The notes beneath the pieces are model-generated. The model made no database searches, had not been told where the DNA came from, and was given only the letters and a program-made list of their open reading frames with translations. DNA of 63,778 nt, filler included, from Octopus bimaculoides (Eukaryota): NCBI RefSeq assembly GCF_001194135.2. It is 8 parts of 7 records of this genome, joined end to end, with 100 filler letters (N's around TTAATTAATTAA, not from the genome) between each part and the next. Parts side by side here need not be neighbours in the genome. Positions count along the whole stretch, not along the records: positions 1 to 4,489 come from NC_069002.1; positions 4,590 to 20,801 come from NC_068991.1; 6 more parts are not named here. The stretch is one strand, 5' to 3'. The position numbers and the translations under genes are program-made. Position 1 is the first letter of the stretch. Every line of letters starts with the position of its first letter. Positions 1 through 10,732 of the stretch are shown here, piece by piece.

Positions 1-34
<34 letters not shown>

Positions 35-249
35 TAGGCGGCGAGATGGCAGTATCGTTAGCACGCCGGGCAAAATGCTTAGAAGCATTTCGTCTGTCAG
101 TACGGTGTAAGTTCAAATTCTGCCGAGGTCGACTTTGCCTTTCATCCTTTTCGGGTCGATGAATTGAGTAACAGTGAAACACTGGGGTCGTTGTATTCGA
201 CTAACGCCATCCCACCAAATTTCAGGCCTTAAGCCTATAATAGAAAGGA
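35..249 (+). mobile_element. tRNA-derived SINE, family A
   Basis: A-box-like GGCGAG.TGGCAG..CGTTAG and B-box GTTCAAATTC, with a body shared by more than 10 copies in the window. Confidence 0.85.
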
Positions 250-296
250 TTATTATTATTATTATTATTATCATCATTATTATTATCATTATTATC

Positions 297-679
297 GTTT
301 TACTTCTCAGAACGGTCTGTCTTGTTTATTCTGGTAGATTCTTTGAGAGCACACAGCAGCTTCCCGTCAAAGGCCTCCCAGGGTCTCTTTCCGCACATTA
401 TAGGAATTGATACTTGGTCGTTAATTATCATGGGAGACATTCAACATCCAAATACCAATCTCAAAATCCTAGCTGTCCCCAGCAGAGCAGTTTTAAGGGG
501 TTTGCTCTGCTCTCATGTCAATTCCGATTTCATTGACATATTTCTCGTACGTGATTGTTAGTGTTACGAGGGACCCTACAACTACTGAAATGACAGACAC
601 TCTCCTTATAGTTCACACAGTCTTACAATTTCGTTTTTAAGTTACCTGTACTTTTCGATCTCTTCTACTTCTTTGTCAC

Positions 680-680
<1 letters not shown>
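297..680 (-). mobile_element. 5'-truncated RLE-type (R4/Dong-like) non-LTR retrotransposon 3' end
   Basis: Frameshifted EEIEKYR*LKNEIVRL...VISVVVGSL...KTALLGTARILRLVFGC*, the typical C-terminus of restriction-like-endonuclease LINEs. Flanked on both sides by (TAA)n-type tracts. Confidence 0.8.
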
Positions 681-749
<69 letters not shown>

Positions 750-1204
750 CATCATCATCATCATCGTGATCATCACCATTATTATTATTGGTGTTGTAAT
801 TGTTATAGTTAAAAGTCTAAAATGAGTGCATTCCATCGGAGATGCGATAAGCTAAATGTAGCAGCATCGTAGGTTTGGACAAGTACAGAACGTCTTTAAG
901 AAGAGATAAGGAAATCTGAAATGAATTAATGTGTTTCTCTGGATAAATCATTGTGATGGATGAGAAAGTAAAACCTCCTACCTAACAATGAATCAGAGAT
1001 AACTGTGACGCAGGAACAAACCCTGCAGAGGAAGCAGGAGACGATATTTACGCATACTATACAAAAAATCACGGAGGCGTTGTTAGGCTCCAAGAAAGCG
1101 GTCTTGGCTCAATGATATGCCGTCCGTGACAATTCCGCCTGTTGTTTTTAGTATATCAATTAATATATTTTTTTTTCCAGTGGTTTCATTTATTTGTGAA
1201 GTTG

Positions 1205-1585
1205 AGGCGCAATGGCCCAGTGGTTAGGGCGGCGGACTCGTGTTCTTAGGATCATAGTTTCGATTCCCAGACCGGGCATTGTGAGAGCTTATTGAGCGAA
1301 AACACCTAAAGCTGCACGAGGCTCCGGCAGGAGGTGGTAGCGAACCCTGTTGTACTCTTTCACCACAACTTTCTCTCACTCTTTCTTCCTGTTTCTGTTG
1401 TGCCTGTATTTCAAAGGGCCAGCCTTGTCACACTCTGTGTCACGCTGAATCTCCCCGAGAACTACGTTAAAGGTACACGTGTCTGTGGAGGACTCAGCCA
1501 CTTGCACGTTAATTTTACGAGCAGGCCGTTCCGTTAATCGGATCAACTGGAACCCTCGTCGTCGTAACCGACGGAGTGCCAACAA
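1205..1585 (+). mobile_element. tRNA-derived SINE, family B
   Basis: Head GGCGCAATGGCCCAGTGGTTAG...CGATTCCC and a body ending GGAGTGCCAACAA. Confidence 0.85.
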
Positions 1586-2265
1586 TTTATTTGTGAAAAG
1601 TGCATGCATACACGTACGGATGTCTTTTCTTTTATCTTTTACTTTTATTAGAGATTGCGTACATGCTGCAGCACCGCTTTGAAGAATATCAGTCGAACAA
1701 ATAGGTCTCAGTTCTTCTAAGCCCGGTATTTAGCTGAACCGCTAAGTTAACGATACGTTAGCATACCAACACAGATTATCAAACGGTGGTGGTGCACACA
1801 CATACACACACACACACGCGCGCACGCACACACACACACATGTACATTATTTACATTATTTACACTTAACTGCTACGCCATTTGTCCGTGGTTAAGAGCG
1901 CGGTCTTCTATACGCTCCGGTGTATATCACAAGAACGTCTCTTCGGAAGAATCTTTCAGGATGTCAGAGGAATCTCGGTTACAAGATAAGTAAAACAGAG
2001 AACGCAAGATTTACCCGAGTGCTGAGGCTTGCTAAGCTGGAATTAATTCAAGATAATTACACAAAGAATTGAGAATGAAAATAAGAATTTTTTTCAAGAC
2101 GTTTCTCCGCTTCTGCGTGTGAATGGCATTCGCTATCGCGATTTTGTTCCTCTAGGCTTTCTGTACAAACAACGCCAAGTTCCAAACGACGAGATTGTTT
2201 ACTTATGTCTGAAGCAATACACATACACACTTACAAACATGCACCTCACTACACACACACACACA

Positions 2266-2299
<34 letters not shown>

Positions 2300-2309
2300 N
2301 NNNNNNNNN

Positions 2310-2342
<33 letters not shown>

Positions 2343-2441
2343 ACATTTTGATACAGCTTGCATTACTGTGAACATATTTGAGTATATTTCGTATGTGTAT
2401 TTGGTGTGCAAGATTCTTGATGTGAATACGTGTGTTGAAAG

Positions 2442-2656
2442 AAATACTATTAAACCTTGGGAGAGGCATTATGCCGGTAATAAACACACGCACTGGTTCG
2501 GTCCTTTATTTATTTATAAACAGTATTTAGTTTTTAATTTTTAATGAGTATTTATTATTTTTTTTATCTAAATACTGTTTATAAATAAATAAAGGACCGA
2601 ACCAGTGCGCGTGTTTATTACCGGCATAATGTCTCCCCCAAGGTTTAATAGTATTT
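2442..2656. repeat. Long inverted repeat (89-bp arms, 37-bp spacer)
   Basis: 2442-2530 is the reverse complement of 2568-2656 with 3 mismatches. Confidence 0.95.
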
Positions 2657-2699
2657 GAGTATATATTCAACAGAAAACCATAATAATCTTATAATATTT

Positions 2700-3280
2700 A
2701 TTGACATAATGAATTATTTAGCCACATGAGCTCCATTTCGACGGATAGCTTCAAATACCATATTAGTCATGGAATCTGTCAATGTTTTAATAGCAGTAGG
2801 TTGGTCTGCCTCTGCTGCAGCTCTAATGGGCGCCCATAAGACATCTTTCGACATAAATAGGCGTCCATCGGCACAAACATCTTATTTAATGACGGACCAA
2901 AGATTTTCGGCAGGGTTGAGATCCGGAGATGATAGCGGCCACACCATCAACCTTTCATCTTGTATGCTGTAAGATCCTAGGAATGTTTGGGTGGTCCTGG
3001 CAGAGTAGGAGGGAGCGTTGTCATGCATGAATACCAGATTTGTGAGAAGCGACAGCAGTATGTTATCTAGCCAGGAACCAAGACCTCTTCCAGGAGATTG
3101 CAGTAGGCTGCTGCAATCACTTTAACTTGTTCAAGCAACCTGACTGGACCAACAAGTCTGTCCCCAAGGATGCGTGACTCATTCACCCTGTTGGTGGCAT
3201 CGTATACGCTGGTGACGCTCAGGGTCGCCCTGGTTCCGTTAGGGAACAGAACACAACTTATATCTGACGTCATGTATTAT
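2700..3280 (-). mobile_element. Tc1-family transposase relic (DDE C-terminal half)
   Basis: Minus-strand frames give LVFMHDNAPSYS...MVWPLSSPDLNPAENLWSVIK, plus an upstream VLFPNGTRATL-like segment. Frameshifted. Confidence 0.85.
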
Positions 3281-4414
3281 ACCTAGTAATAGCATGTATT
3301 ACATCAAGTTGAAAAAATCTCTTCCATGGAAAAAGAATGTTTGAAGGATACCTCTGAAGCACGATCTTGCATGTCCAGGGTACCATTCGAGCTTTTTCAG
3401 TAAGTGGGCATCCTTATTACGAAGCCTATATAGACAAATCTGTGTGTGTGTGTGTGTATGTGTGTGTGTGTGTGTGTGCGTGCGTGTGTGAGAGAGAGTA
3501 TTGGTATGTGTGTGTGTGTGTGTGTGTGTGTGTACACACACGATTGAGTCAAGTGCTTTGGGGATTTTCACTGGTAGATTTTGAAAACTTTTTATCTCCA
3601 TTATCTATAATCGATTTGATATAACGATGCTGAATTGTTTATTCTTCACGAAGAAACAATTATTAATAAACAATTCTTCACGAATAAACGATCGCCCGAG
3701 AAGCATCTAGTCAGCCTGGTGTTGTCGATTGTTTTGCGAGCGTAAATTTTAGTGGGAAGAGAGAGTCGAGACGACAGTGAAAAAAATCTGATGATATGTT
3801 CCTCTCTAGTCTACCTGCTCCCTGCTGCCTTGATCTGTTGCAGTCACTCTAAGGACACATATGTCTTGCAGCACTTGAGGACTGCTGCACACTATTCTCT
3901 TCTATGCAACAATGCCTTCTACTATTCATGGTTAATTATAAAGGCCGTCTATAATGCTTTCAAACGTCTTTTTAACAAACATACACATACACGTTCAAAC
4001 ATGCAGAACCAAGCACACACGTACAAATCTAGAATTTTATGCTCACAAACACATACACAAAAAGACACAGAGGTACGCAACTCACCTTACACCCTTTTTT
4101 TTTTTTCTTCTGTCGTTGAACACCAAATTCGACCAGTCTCCGCAGACTTCTCCTCAATCAATGGATACCATATTTGACACTTGCACACTTTTGTCTGGAT
4201 CCTCGCATTTTATTTTTTAATTAGTTTTTCCTCATCCGTATTCTTCACCTCTTCCTTTCTCCACGTGTATTCTAGAGAAGAGCAACATCAGGAAATATAA
4301 TTTTAATTAACTCTTTCGAATTCTTCGAGCGTCAAACTAATAATTTCGATCGGGAATCTATCCCTTCTTGATTTGTTTCTTTAATTTCTTCCTTCTCTCT
4401 GTCACTATGTGTGT

Positions 4415-4489
<75 letters not shown>

Positions 4490-4589
4490 NNNNNNNNNNN
4501 NNNNNNNNNNNNNNNNNNNNNNNNNNNNNNNNNTTAATTAATTAANNNNNNNNNNNNNNNNNNNNNNNNNNNNNNNNNNNNNNNNNNNN
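4490..4589. other. Artificial contig linker: 44 N + TTAATTAATTAA + 44 N
   Basis: The identical 12-mer sits inside Ns at 4534, 20846, 34642, 46671, 53591, 59860 and 62320, and gives stops in all six frames. Confidence 0.95.
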
Positions 4590-4598
4590 ATATATATG

Positions 4599-4630
<32 letters not shown>

Positions 4631-5160
4631 ATTATCCACCAAAAAATAGAATTGATATTTTCTGCTTCTGTAATACTTTTTCAGTATCTCCGGTTGGTAC
4701 AGTTTTAATATCCACTACTAATAGTATTTTATTCGTGATCTATAGAAATATATAATGAAATACTTTAAAACAATTAAGAAAATTAAAATATTTTCTTTCC
4801 CCGCTTCGTGCAGCGTAAAGGGAAATGCTTTCATAATTGTGAGGTAAAACCGCTTTCCGTAGTTAACGGTAATAACATTTTGAGTGGCTATACACGTTTT
4901 CTACGTTCAAAGGGTTATAATAATACTAAATCGATACATAATGAATTTGGTAAATATAATGTTTGTGGTTTGAGTAGTAAACTTAAACTTAATAAATCTC
5001 ATAAAAATATGGATGATACTATTATTAATAAATTGACCACTATTGAATCTAATAATCAATAATATACAATCTAATAATATACAAATTAAAAGTGAAGGAA
5101 AATGTAGTGTAAGTCTATATTCTAAAATTAATGGCAATATTATGGATATCTTAAGTAGGT

Positions 5161-5217
<57 letters not shown>

Positions 5218-5339
5218 GAAATAAGAAAAAAATAAGTTTAAATTTAAGAGTAGAAAATATATTCCATATGTTAACTTTGATAAATCGAATAATGATAACT
5301 TTGATAAAGGCAATAATATTTGGTTTATTATTGCTTTTG

Positions 5340-5985
5340 CAAGACAAATAAAAACTAATTTGGTTAAATCTTTTTACAGATCTAATATCTAAGTATTTTA
5401 ATAAAGAAAAAATAAGTATAATAAAATAATTAATAATAAAACGGTTAGAATTGATTTTTCAGTATCTAAAAACTTATTTAGAATCATCTTTTTCATTAAT
5501 AACTATAAATTAGATGTTTTTTATTGTAATAGAAATAATAATACTTTAATTACTTACACTAATAATGGACCTAATCGGTATCGTATTGCTAGAATTTGTG
5601 ATTGTAGGTTTAAGGATAAATATTATTTCAATAATTTTTGTATCCCAAATAACCTTATACACAAATGTCTGGTAGAATCTGAAGGAAATAGTTATTTTTA
5701 CATTGGGTAAACCAAAAATTTTATTAAACGACGTATTGCAAACCATGAATATAGTTTTAGAAACAAAAATAAGCCATGTGGCGCCAGTTTAAGTAAATTT
5801 ATATGGAAGTTAAAGTATAATAATAAATTATATAACCTTAAATAGTAAATACTTCGTCATGTTAGATCTTATAAAATTGCTGATAATAGGTGTGACTTTT
5901 GTGTGGAGGAAATATATCAAATTTTAACATCAAAAAATTAACTTCTTAACAGACAAGAAAGTGTTTTTATCTTGTAAACACTCTT
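5340..5985 (+). mobile_element. Penelope-like element relic, C-terminus with GIY-YIG endonuclease
   Basis: KLIWLN...LISKYF, NKTVRIDFSVSKNL, CLVESEGNSYFYIG*TKNFIKRRIANH...SLSKFIWKLK...CDFCVEE. Interrupted by stops. Confidence 0.78.
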
Positions 5986-6099
5986 CAAAATATGTTTAGA
6001 AAATATAATTAAATTGAATTGATTGTTTGGAGGATTATTGGGTATTAAAGTATAATCTACCTTAATTAAATGTTACATTATTATAGAATCTTTAGAATC

Positions 6100-6222
6100 T
6101 TACAAGGCTTTGGTCGGCCCAAGGCTATAATAGAAGACACTTGCCCAAGGTGCCACGCAGTGGGACTGAAACCGGAACCATGTGGTTGGTAAGCAAGCTA
6201 CTTACCACACAGCCACTCCTGC
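6100..6222 (-). mobile_element. SINE family C head
   Basis: Reverse match. Other partial copies lie at about 1660-1800(-), 23848-24085(-), 30930-31082(+), 38812-38965(-), 43995-44150(+) and 46270-46550(+). Confidence 0.8.
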
Positions 6223-6394
6223 ACCTATATTTATATAAGTGTGTGTATACTATTATTATTCATATGTATATATACTATTATTATTTTGTCATGTAGTAAA
6301 TTGATTGGAATCATTTACTTATAATCAATATTTTGTTAAGTAATATGATATTAAAGTTTGTGTGTGTGTGTGATTGTGTGTGTGTATGTATGTA

Positions 6395-6670
6395 GCCCGC
6401 CAGGGGATGGTGGCGAACCCTGCTGTACTCTTTCACCACAACTTTCTCTCACTCTTACTACTTGTTTCTATTGTACCTGTATTTCAAAGGGTCAGCCTTG
6501 TCACAATCTGTGTCACGCTGAATCTCCCGAGAACTACGTTATGGGTACACGCGTCTGCGGAGTGCTCAGCAACTTGCACGTTAATTTCATGAGCAGGCTG
6601 TACCGTTGATCGGATCGACTGGAACCCTCGACGTCGTAAGCGATGGAGTGCCAACAACAACAACAACAAT
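6395..6670 (+). mobile_element. SINE family B, 5'-truncated, (CAA)n tail
   Basis: Body match to 1330-1585. Confidence 0.85.
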
Positions 6671-7251
6671 GTATGTAGCAAAAGTGAGCTAAGAGAAATG
6701 TGAGAGCAACCAGTGGCGTGAATATGAAGAACATAGATAAATAGTCATATCGCTTGCCATAAATCCGTGACTTATTAAAATTATCTCAACGTTTAGATTA
6801 AAATCAGCTCCAAATATTCTTATCTCCAGGTTTATTGTCTTGAGATAAGCGGAAAGTCGTGGACACATGTATCTGTATCAAAAGGGGTAACTTGTATGCT
6901 AATTATTGTGACATGTGTCCATCAGCCAGGACACACAGATATATCACAAAAGGAGATAAGCGCTATTTTTGCAGACAGAAATAACTCACACTGACTGGTT
7001 GCATGTATATGAAAAGAGACAATATAGACATATAACCTTCTTGATATATCAAAATGAGATCCGTCTCTAGAGAACGTGTTACAATACCAAATGATAATGG
7101 AGAAAAGATCTATGTGTGAAGGAGAGATAACTTCAAGGATTAAGAATTAACACCCCCCCCCACACACACACACATGCATAAATGTGTGTGTGTTTGTGTG
7201 TGTTGTGAATGTACATGCACAGAAACAATTATAGACACACATACTTATGGG

Positions 7252-7461
7252 TTTCAAATTTTGGCACAAGGCCAGCAAATTCAGGTGAGAGAATAAGTCG
7301 ACTACATTGACCCTGTACTCAACTCATACTTATTTTATCGACTCCAAAAGGATGAAAGTCAAAGTCGACCTCGGCGGAATTTGAACTCAGAACGTAGCAG
7401 CATACGAAATACCGCTAAGCATTTCGCCTGGCGTGCTAACGATTCGGCCAGCTCGCCACCT
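7252..7461 (-). mobile_element. SINE family A (CYP intron 2)
   Basis: Reverse-complement match to the family A consensus. Confidence 0.85.
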
Positions 7462-7513
7462 CTACACTCACCCATGTATACATATATATTGCTTGATGTG
7501 TACTGCTACTCAC

Positions 7514-7739
7514 CTTTCACCAAACATGAGATTGTATATAATACCCAAAGAGTAGTATGACATCAGTTTACTCAAGGAGAACGGTTTACCATTGTGAGAT
7601 TGAAAAAGTTCGCCTAATTTTTCGGTTTCTAAATGTATCTTTTCTTCTGTAATTCTTTTACCTATTCCTAAATCCCGAAGTGTTGACATAGAAAACTTTT
7701 TCATGTATTTCCATTTTTTTCCAATATTAAAAGTGATGC
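7514..7739 (-). CDS. Cytochrome P450, clan 2, coding exon 2
   Basis: Acceptor ctttgtttcAG at 7741-7740, phase 1 matching exon 1 (G|GC = Gly). Reads GITFNIGKKWKYMKKFSMSTLRDLGIGKR...IIYNLMFGER (C-helix region). Donor AG|GTGAG at 7513, phase 2. Gene continues beyond what is visible. Confidence 0.92.
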
Positions 7740-7778
7740 CTGAAACAAAGAAGGTAAAATTAAACATTTCGGTATATT

Positions 7779-7893
7779 AAGCAGGAAAGTATACTAGCCC
7801 CTATAGCAGTCATCAAGGTCCCATCTGACAGATGTACTGTCAGACGGGACCTTGATGACTGTTATAAAGCAGGAAAGTATACTAGCCCCTATA
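7779..7893. repeat. 65-nt hairpin bracketed by 27-bp perfect direct repeats
   Basis: Direct repeat AAGCAGGAAAGTATACTAGCCCCTATA at 7779-7805 and 7867-7893. Stem arms 7802-7831 and 7837-7866 (28/30 match), 5-nt loop. Confidence 0.95.
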
Positions 7894-8045
7894 TATATTT
7901 AATACTCAATATTTCATATATTCAATAAGACATTCAATACTTCATTTCATTTTACTATTTATATTATATATTCCATATTCTATATCCTACATTAATTTTA
8001 TAAGAATATAAATCAAACATAAAAAACAGAGTTGGAACTCTTTTA

Positions 8046-8079
<34 letters not shown>

Positions 8080-8082
<3 letters not shown>

Positions 8083-8277
8083 TCGGTACTAAGTGTAACT
8101 AAGGGTGCCGACACTAGACGAAACTAGATGGCAGTTTGAAAATTCTCGAGTCCGCATGGAGCGGCTGGCTCCCGTCAGCATGTATCTGCATTCTTCCTAC
8201 AACATTAAGAGTATTTTAACTCTTATTTCTAGCAATGTAGGTGCATCAGCACCCCTAGTCACACTTAGCAACGATTG
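8080..8277. mobile_element. Small MITE-like element with 32-bp imperfect TIRs
   Basis: 8080-8111 versus the reverse complement of 8246-8277 matches 26/32. Starts CAGT and abuts a (TA)n run. Confidence 0.65.
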
Positions 8278-8318
8278 AATTTTTCCTTAATGGTATCACA
8301 TTGCGCTGAGCTGTTTAC

Positions 8319-8349
<31 letters not shown>

Positions 8350-8577
8350 CGTGTGTGTGTGCGTGTGCGTGTGCGTGTGTATGTATGTATGTATGTATGT
8401 GTGTTCGTATATGTGTACATATGCACACATCCATACGTAAATACATATGTTTATGATACTAACCTACGTGGTGGAGGTGGAATATGCATTTTTGTGTGCC
8501 TTGCATTTATTGTCAAATGCTTTGCATAATGTGTTCCCATATGCAGACCGATTCAGTTACTCTTCTAAGCATCATAT

Positions 8578-8824
8578 GTTGTTGTTGTTGTTGTTGGCAC
8601 TCCGTCGCTTACGACGTCGAGGGTTCCAGTTGATCCGATCAACAGAACAGCCTGCTCGTGAAATTAACGTGCAAGTGGCTGAGCACTCCGCAGACACGTG
8701 TACCCTTAACGTAGTTCTCGGGGATATTCAGCGTGACACAGAGTGTGACAAGGCTGACCCTTTGAATTACAGGCACAACAGAAACAAGAAGTAAGAGTGA
8801 GAGAAAGTTGTGGTGAAAGAGTAC
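8578..8824 (-). mobile_element. SINE family B (CYP intron 1), runs into a gap
   Basis: Reverse match with a (TTG)n tail. Confidence 0.85.
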
Positions 8825-9725
8825 NNNNNNNNNNNNNNNNNNNNNNNNNNNNNNNNNNNNNNNNNNNNNNNNNNNNNNNNNNNNNNNNNNNNNNNNNNNN
8901 NNNNNNNNNNNNNNNNNNNNNNNNNNNNNNNNNNNNNNNNNNNNNNNNNNNNNNNNNNNNNNNNNNNNNNNNNNNNNNNNNNNNNNNNNNNNNNNNNNNN
9001 NNNNNNNNNNNNNNNNNNNNNNNNNNNNNNNNNNNNNNNNNNNNNNNNNNNNNNNNNNNNNNNNNNNNNNNNNNNNNNNNNNNNNNNNNNNNNNNNNNNN
9101 NNNNNNNNNNNNNNNNNNNNNNNNNNNNNNNNNNNNNNNNNNNNNNNNNNNNNNNNNNNNNNNNNNNNNNNNNNNNNNNNNNNNNNNNNNNNNNNNNNNN
9201 NNNNNNNNNNNNNNNNNNNNNNNNNNNNNNNNNNNNNNNNNNNNNNNNNNNNNNNNNNNNNNNNNNNNNNNNNNNNNNNNNNNNNNNNNNNNNNNNNNNN
9301 NNNNNNNNNNNNNNNNNNNNNNNNNNNNNNNNNNNNNNNNNNNNNNNNNNNNNNNNNNNNNNNNNNNNNNNNNNNNNNNNNNNNNNNNNNNNNNNNNNNN
9401 NNNNNNNNNNNNNNNNNNNNNNNNNNNNNNNNNNNNNNNNNNNNNNNNNNNNNNNNNNNNNNNNNNNNNNNNNNNNNNNNNNNNNNNNNNNNNNNNNNNN
9501 NNNNNNNNNNNNNNNNNNNNNNNNNNNNNNNNNNNNNNNNNNNNNNNNNNNNNNNNNNNNNNNNNNNNNNNNNNNNNNNNNNNNNNNNNNNNNNNNNNNN
9601 NNNNNNNNNNNCTACCTGGCTCCCGGTTTGACTTGTTTGAAGAAGTGGCTGCATGGTCTATTAACAGCCCACTGAATCGATGAGGAGCAAATGAACACAT
9701 TTATCAAGATAAATTGAAGACTTAC

Positions 9726-10095
9726 CTTCTTTTTGGAATACTTTATCAAAAATGTAAACCCAATGTGGCCTTCCTTTCAGTTGATCTCCTTTCTTTACTA
9801 GTCCTTCCAAAATCAGTTCAGTTTTACATACAAACACGAAGGTATCAGAACCAACTTTGAGCCTAAAGATGTCTCCATATTGTTTTCGAAGATCTTTCAT
9901 CTTTGAATAAAGATCAGTGCCAGAAATCATCTGAGGTAGATTTCCAATTATTGGAAAAGCTATTGGACCCGGAGGTAAATTGTAGTTATATGTTGGTAGT
10001 GCCATAAACCATCGTATAATCAGGAAAATGGCTAATCCAAATAATAAACTTTGGACATTAACATTTCCTGTAGAATATAATGCTGAAATTTCCAT
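9726..10095 (-). CDS. Cytochrome P450, clan 2 (CYP2-like), coding exon 1
   Basis: ATG at 10095. Hydrophobic N-terminal anchor, proline hinge LPPGPIAFPIIGNL, YGDIFRLKVG and KGRP motifs. Ends ...QKE-G|GTAAG (donor GT at 9725-9724), 370 nt, phase 1. Confidence 0.93.
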
Positions 10096-10348
10096 ATCCT
10101 GTTATTGCTGCGATAATGTGTTCCTATGTACAGCCGAGTATGTTTTTTTCAGAACCGAGATTTCTTAAACAAATATCGTTGACCTCCAATGTGTTATTCT
10201 ACACCTCTTTTAAAGAGCTTATCATTAGTTCTGCATATGTTATGACATATTTATCACTGATAACAGAAGGTTACTTGTATTTAGCTATGTTAGCATAAAA
10301 AGGTTATCTCGCTTGCACAAAGCTATTTTGACTAACCTACCTGTTATA

Positions 10349-10732
10349 CGAGGGGCGTCTGAAAAGTCTTGAACCTCAAAAAAAACAAAACATGGTACAA
10401 GACTTCTGATGATTTATTTTTCAACATAGTCCCCCTCGATGGCTGAACACTTTCTCCGGTGGTGCTGAAGCGCTATTATCCCGGCGTAGAAGAACTCTTT
10501 TGTTTGGGACGATACTCAGTTTTCTCCATTTGCCTTGTAAATTCGAAACTCGTTTATTCAAAAATCTCCAACAAAAAAAAAAAAGAAAAAAAAAAAAAAG
10601 AAATTAAAATATCAGAATCATGAAAATGAGCCAGAATACTCCGAAAAGACTGTACTTACCAGAAAAAATTGTTTCAACTATATAGCAGCCCCGATTCTAG
10701 GTTAGGTTCAAAACTTTTCAGACACCCCCTCG
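10349..10732 (-). mobile_element. Internally deleted mariner (MITE) with TA target duplication
   Basis: TIRs of about 28 bp (CGAGGGG..GTCTGAAAAGT.TTGAACCT) at both ends, TA at 10347-10348 and 10733-10734. The internal remnant resembles a mariner C-terminus (...GDYVEK*). Confidence 0.85.

Noticed and set aside
852-915. Possible CYP exon 3 (acceptor tttcAG giving R-F-P-Y...)
   Set aside because: Stop after 20 codons and no resemblance to the expected F(D/E)YDD helix E-F region. Exon 3 was not found in the window.
1205-1275. tRNA-like sequences with A and B boxes
   Set aside because: They are SINE heads continuing into repeat bodies, with no complete cloverleaf.
3632-3690. Cluster of 12-bp inverted and direct repeats
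   Set aside because: Short and AT-rich, best explained as a template-switch scar.
8639-9700. Long ORFs spanning N-runs (also at 21.4, 26.2, 28.2, 32.6, 40.6, 54 and 57.4 kb)
   Set aside because: Open only because Ns are not read as stops.
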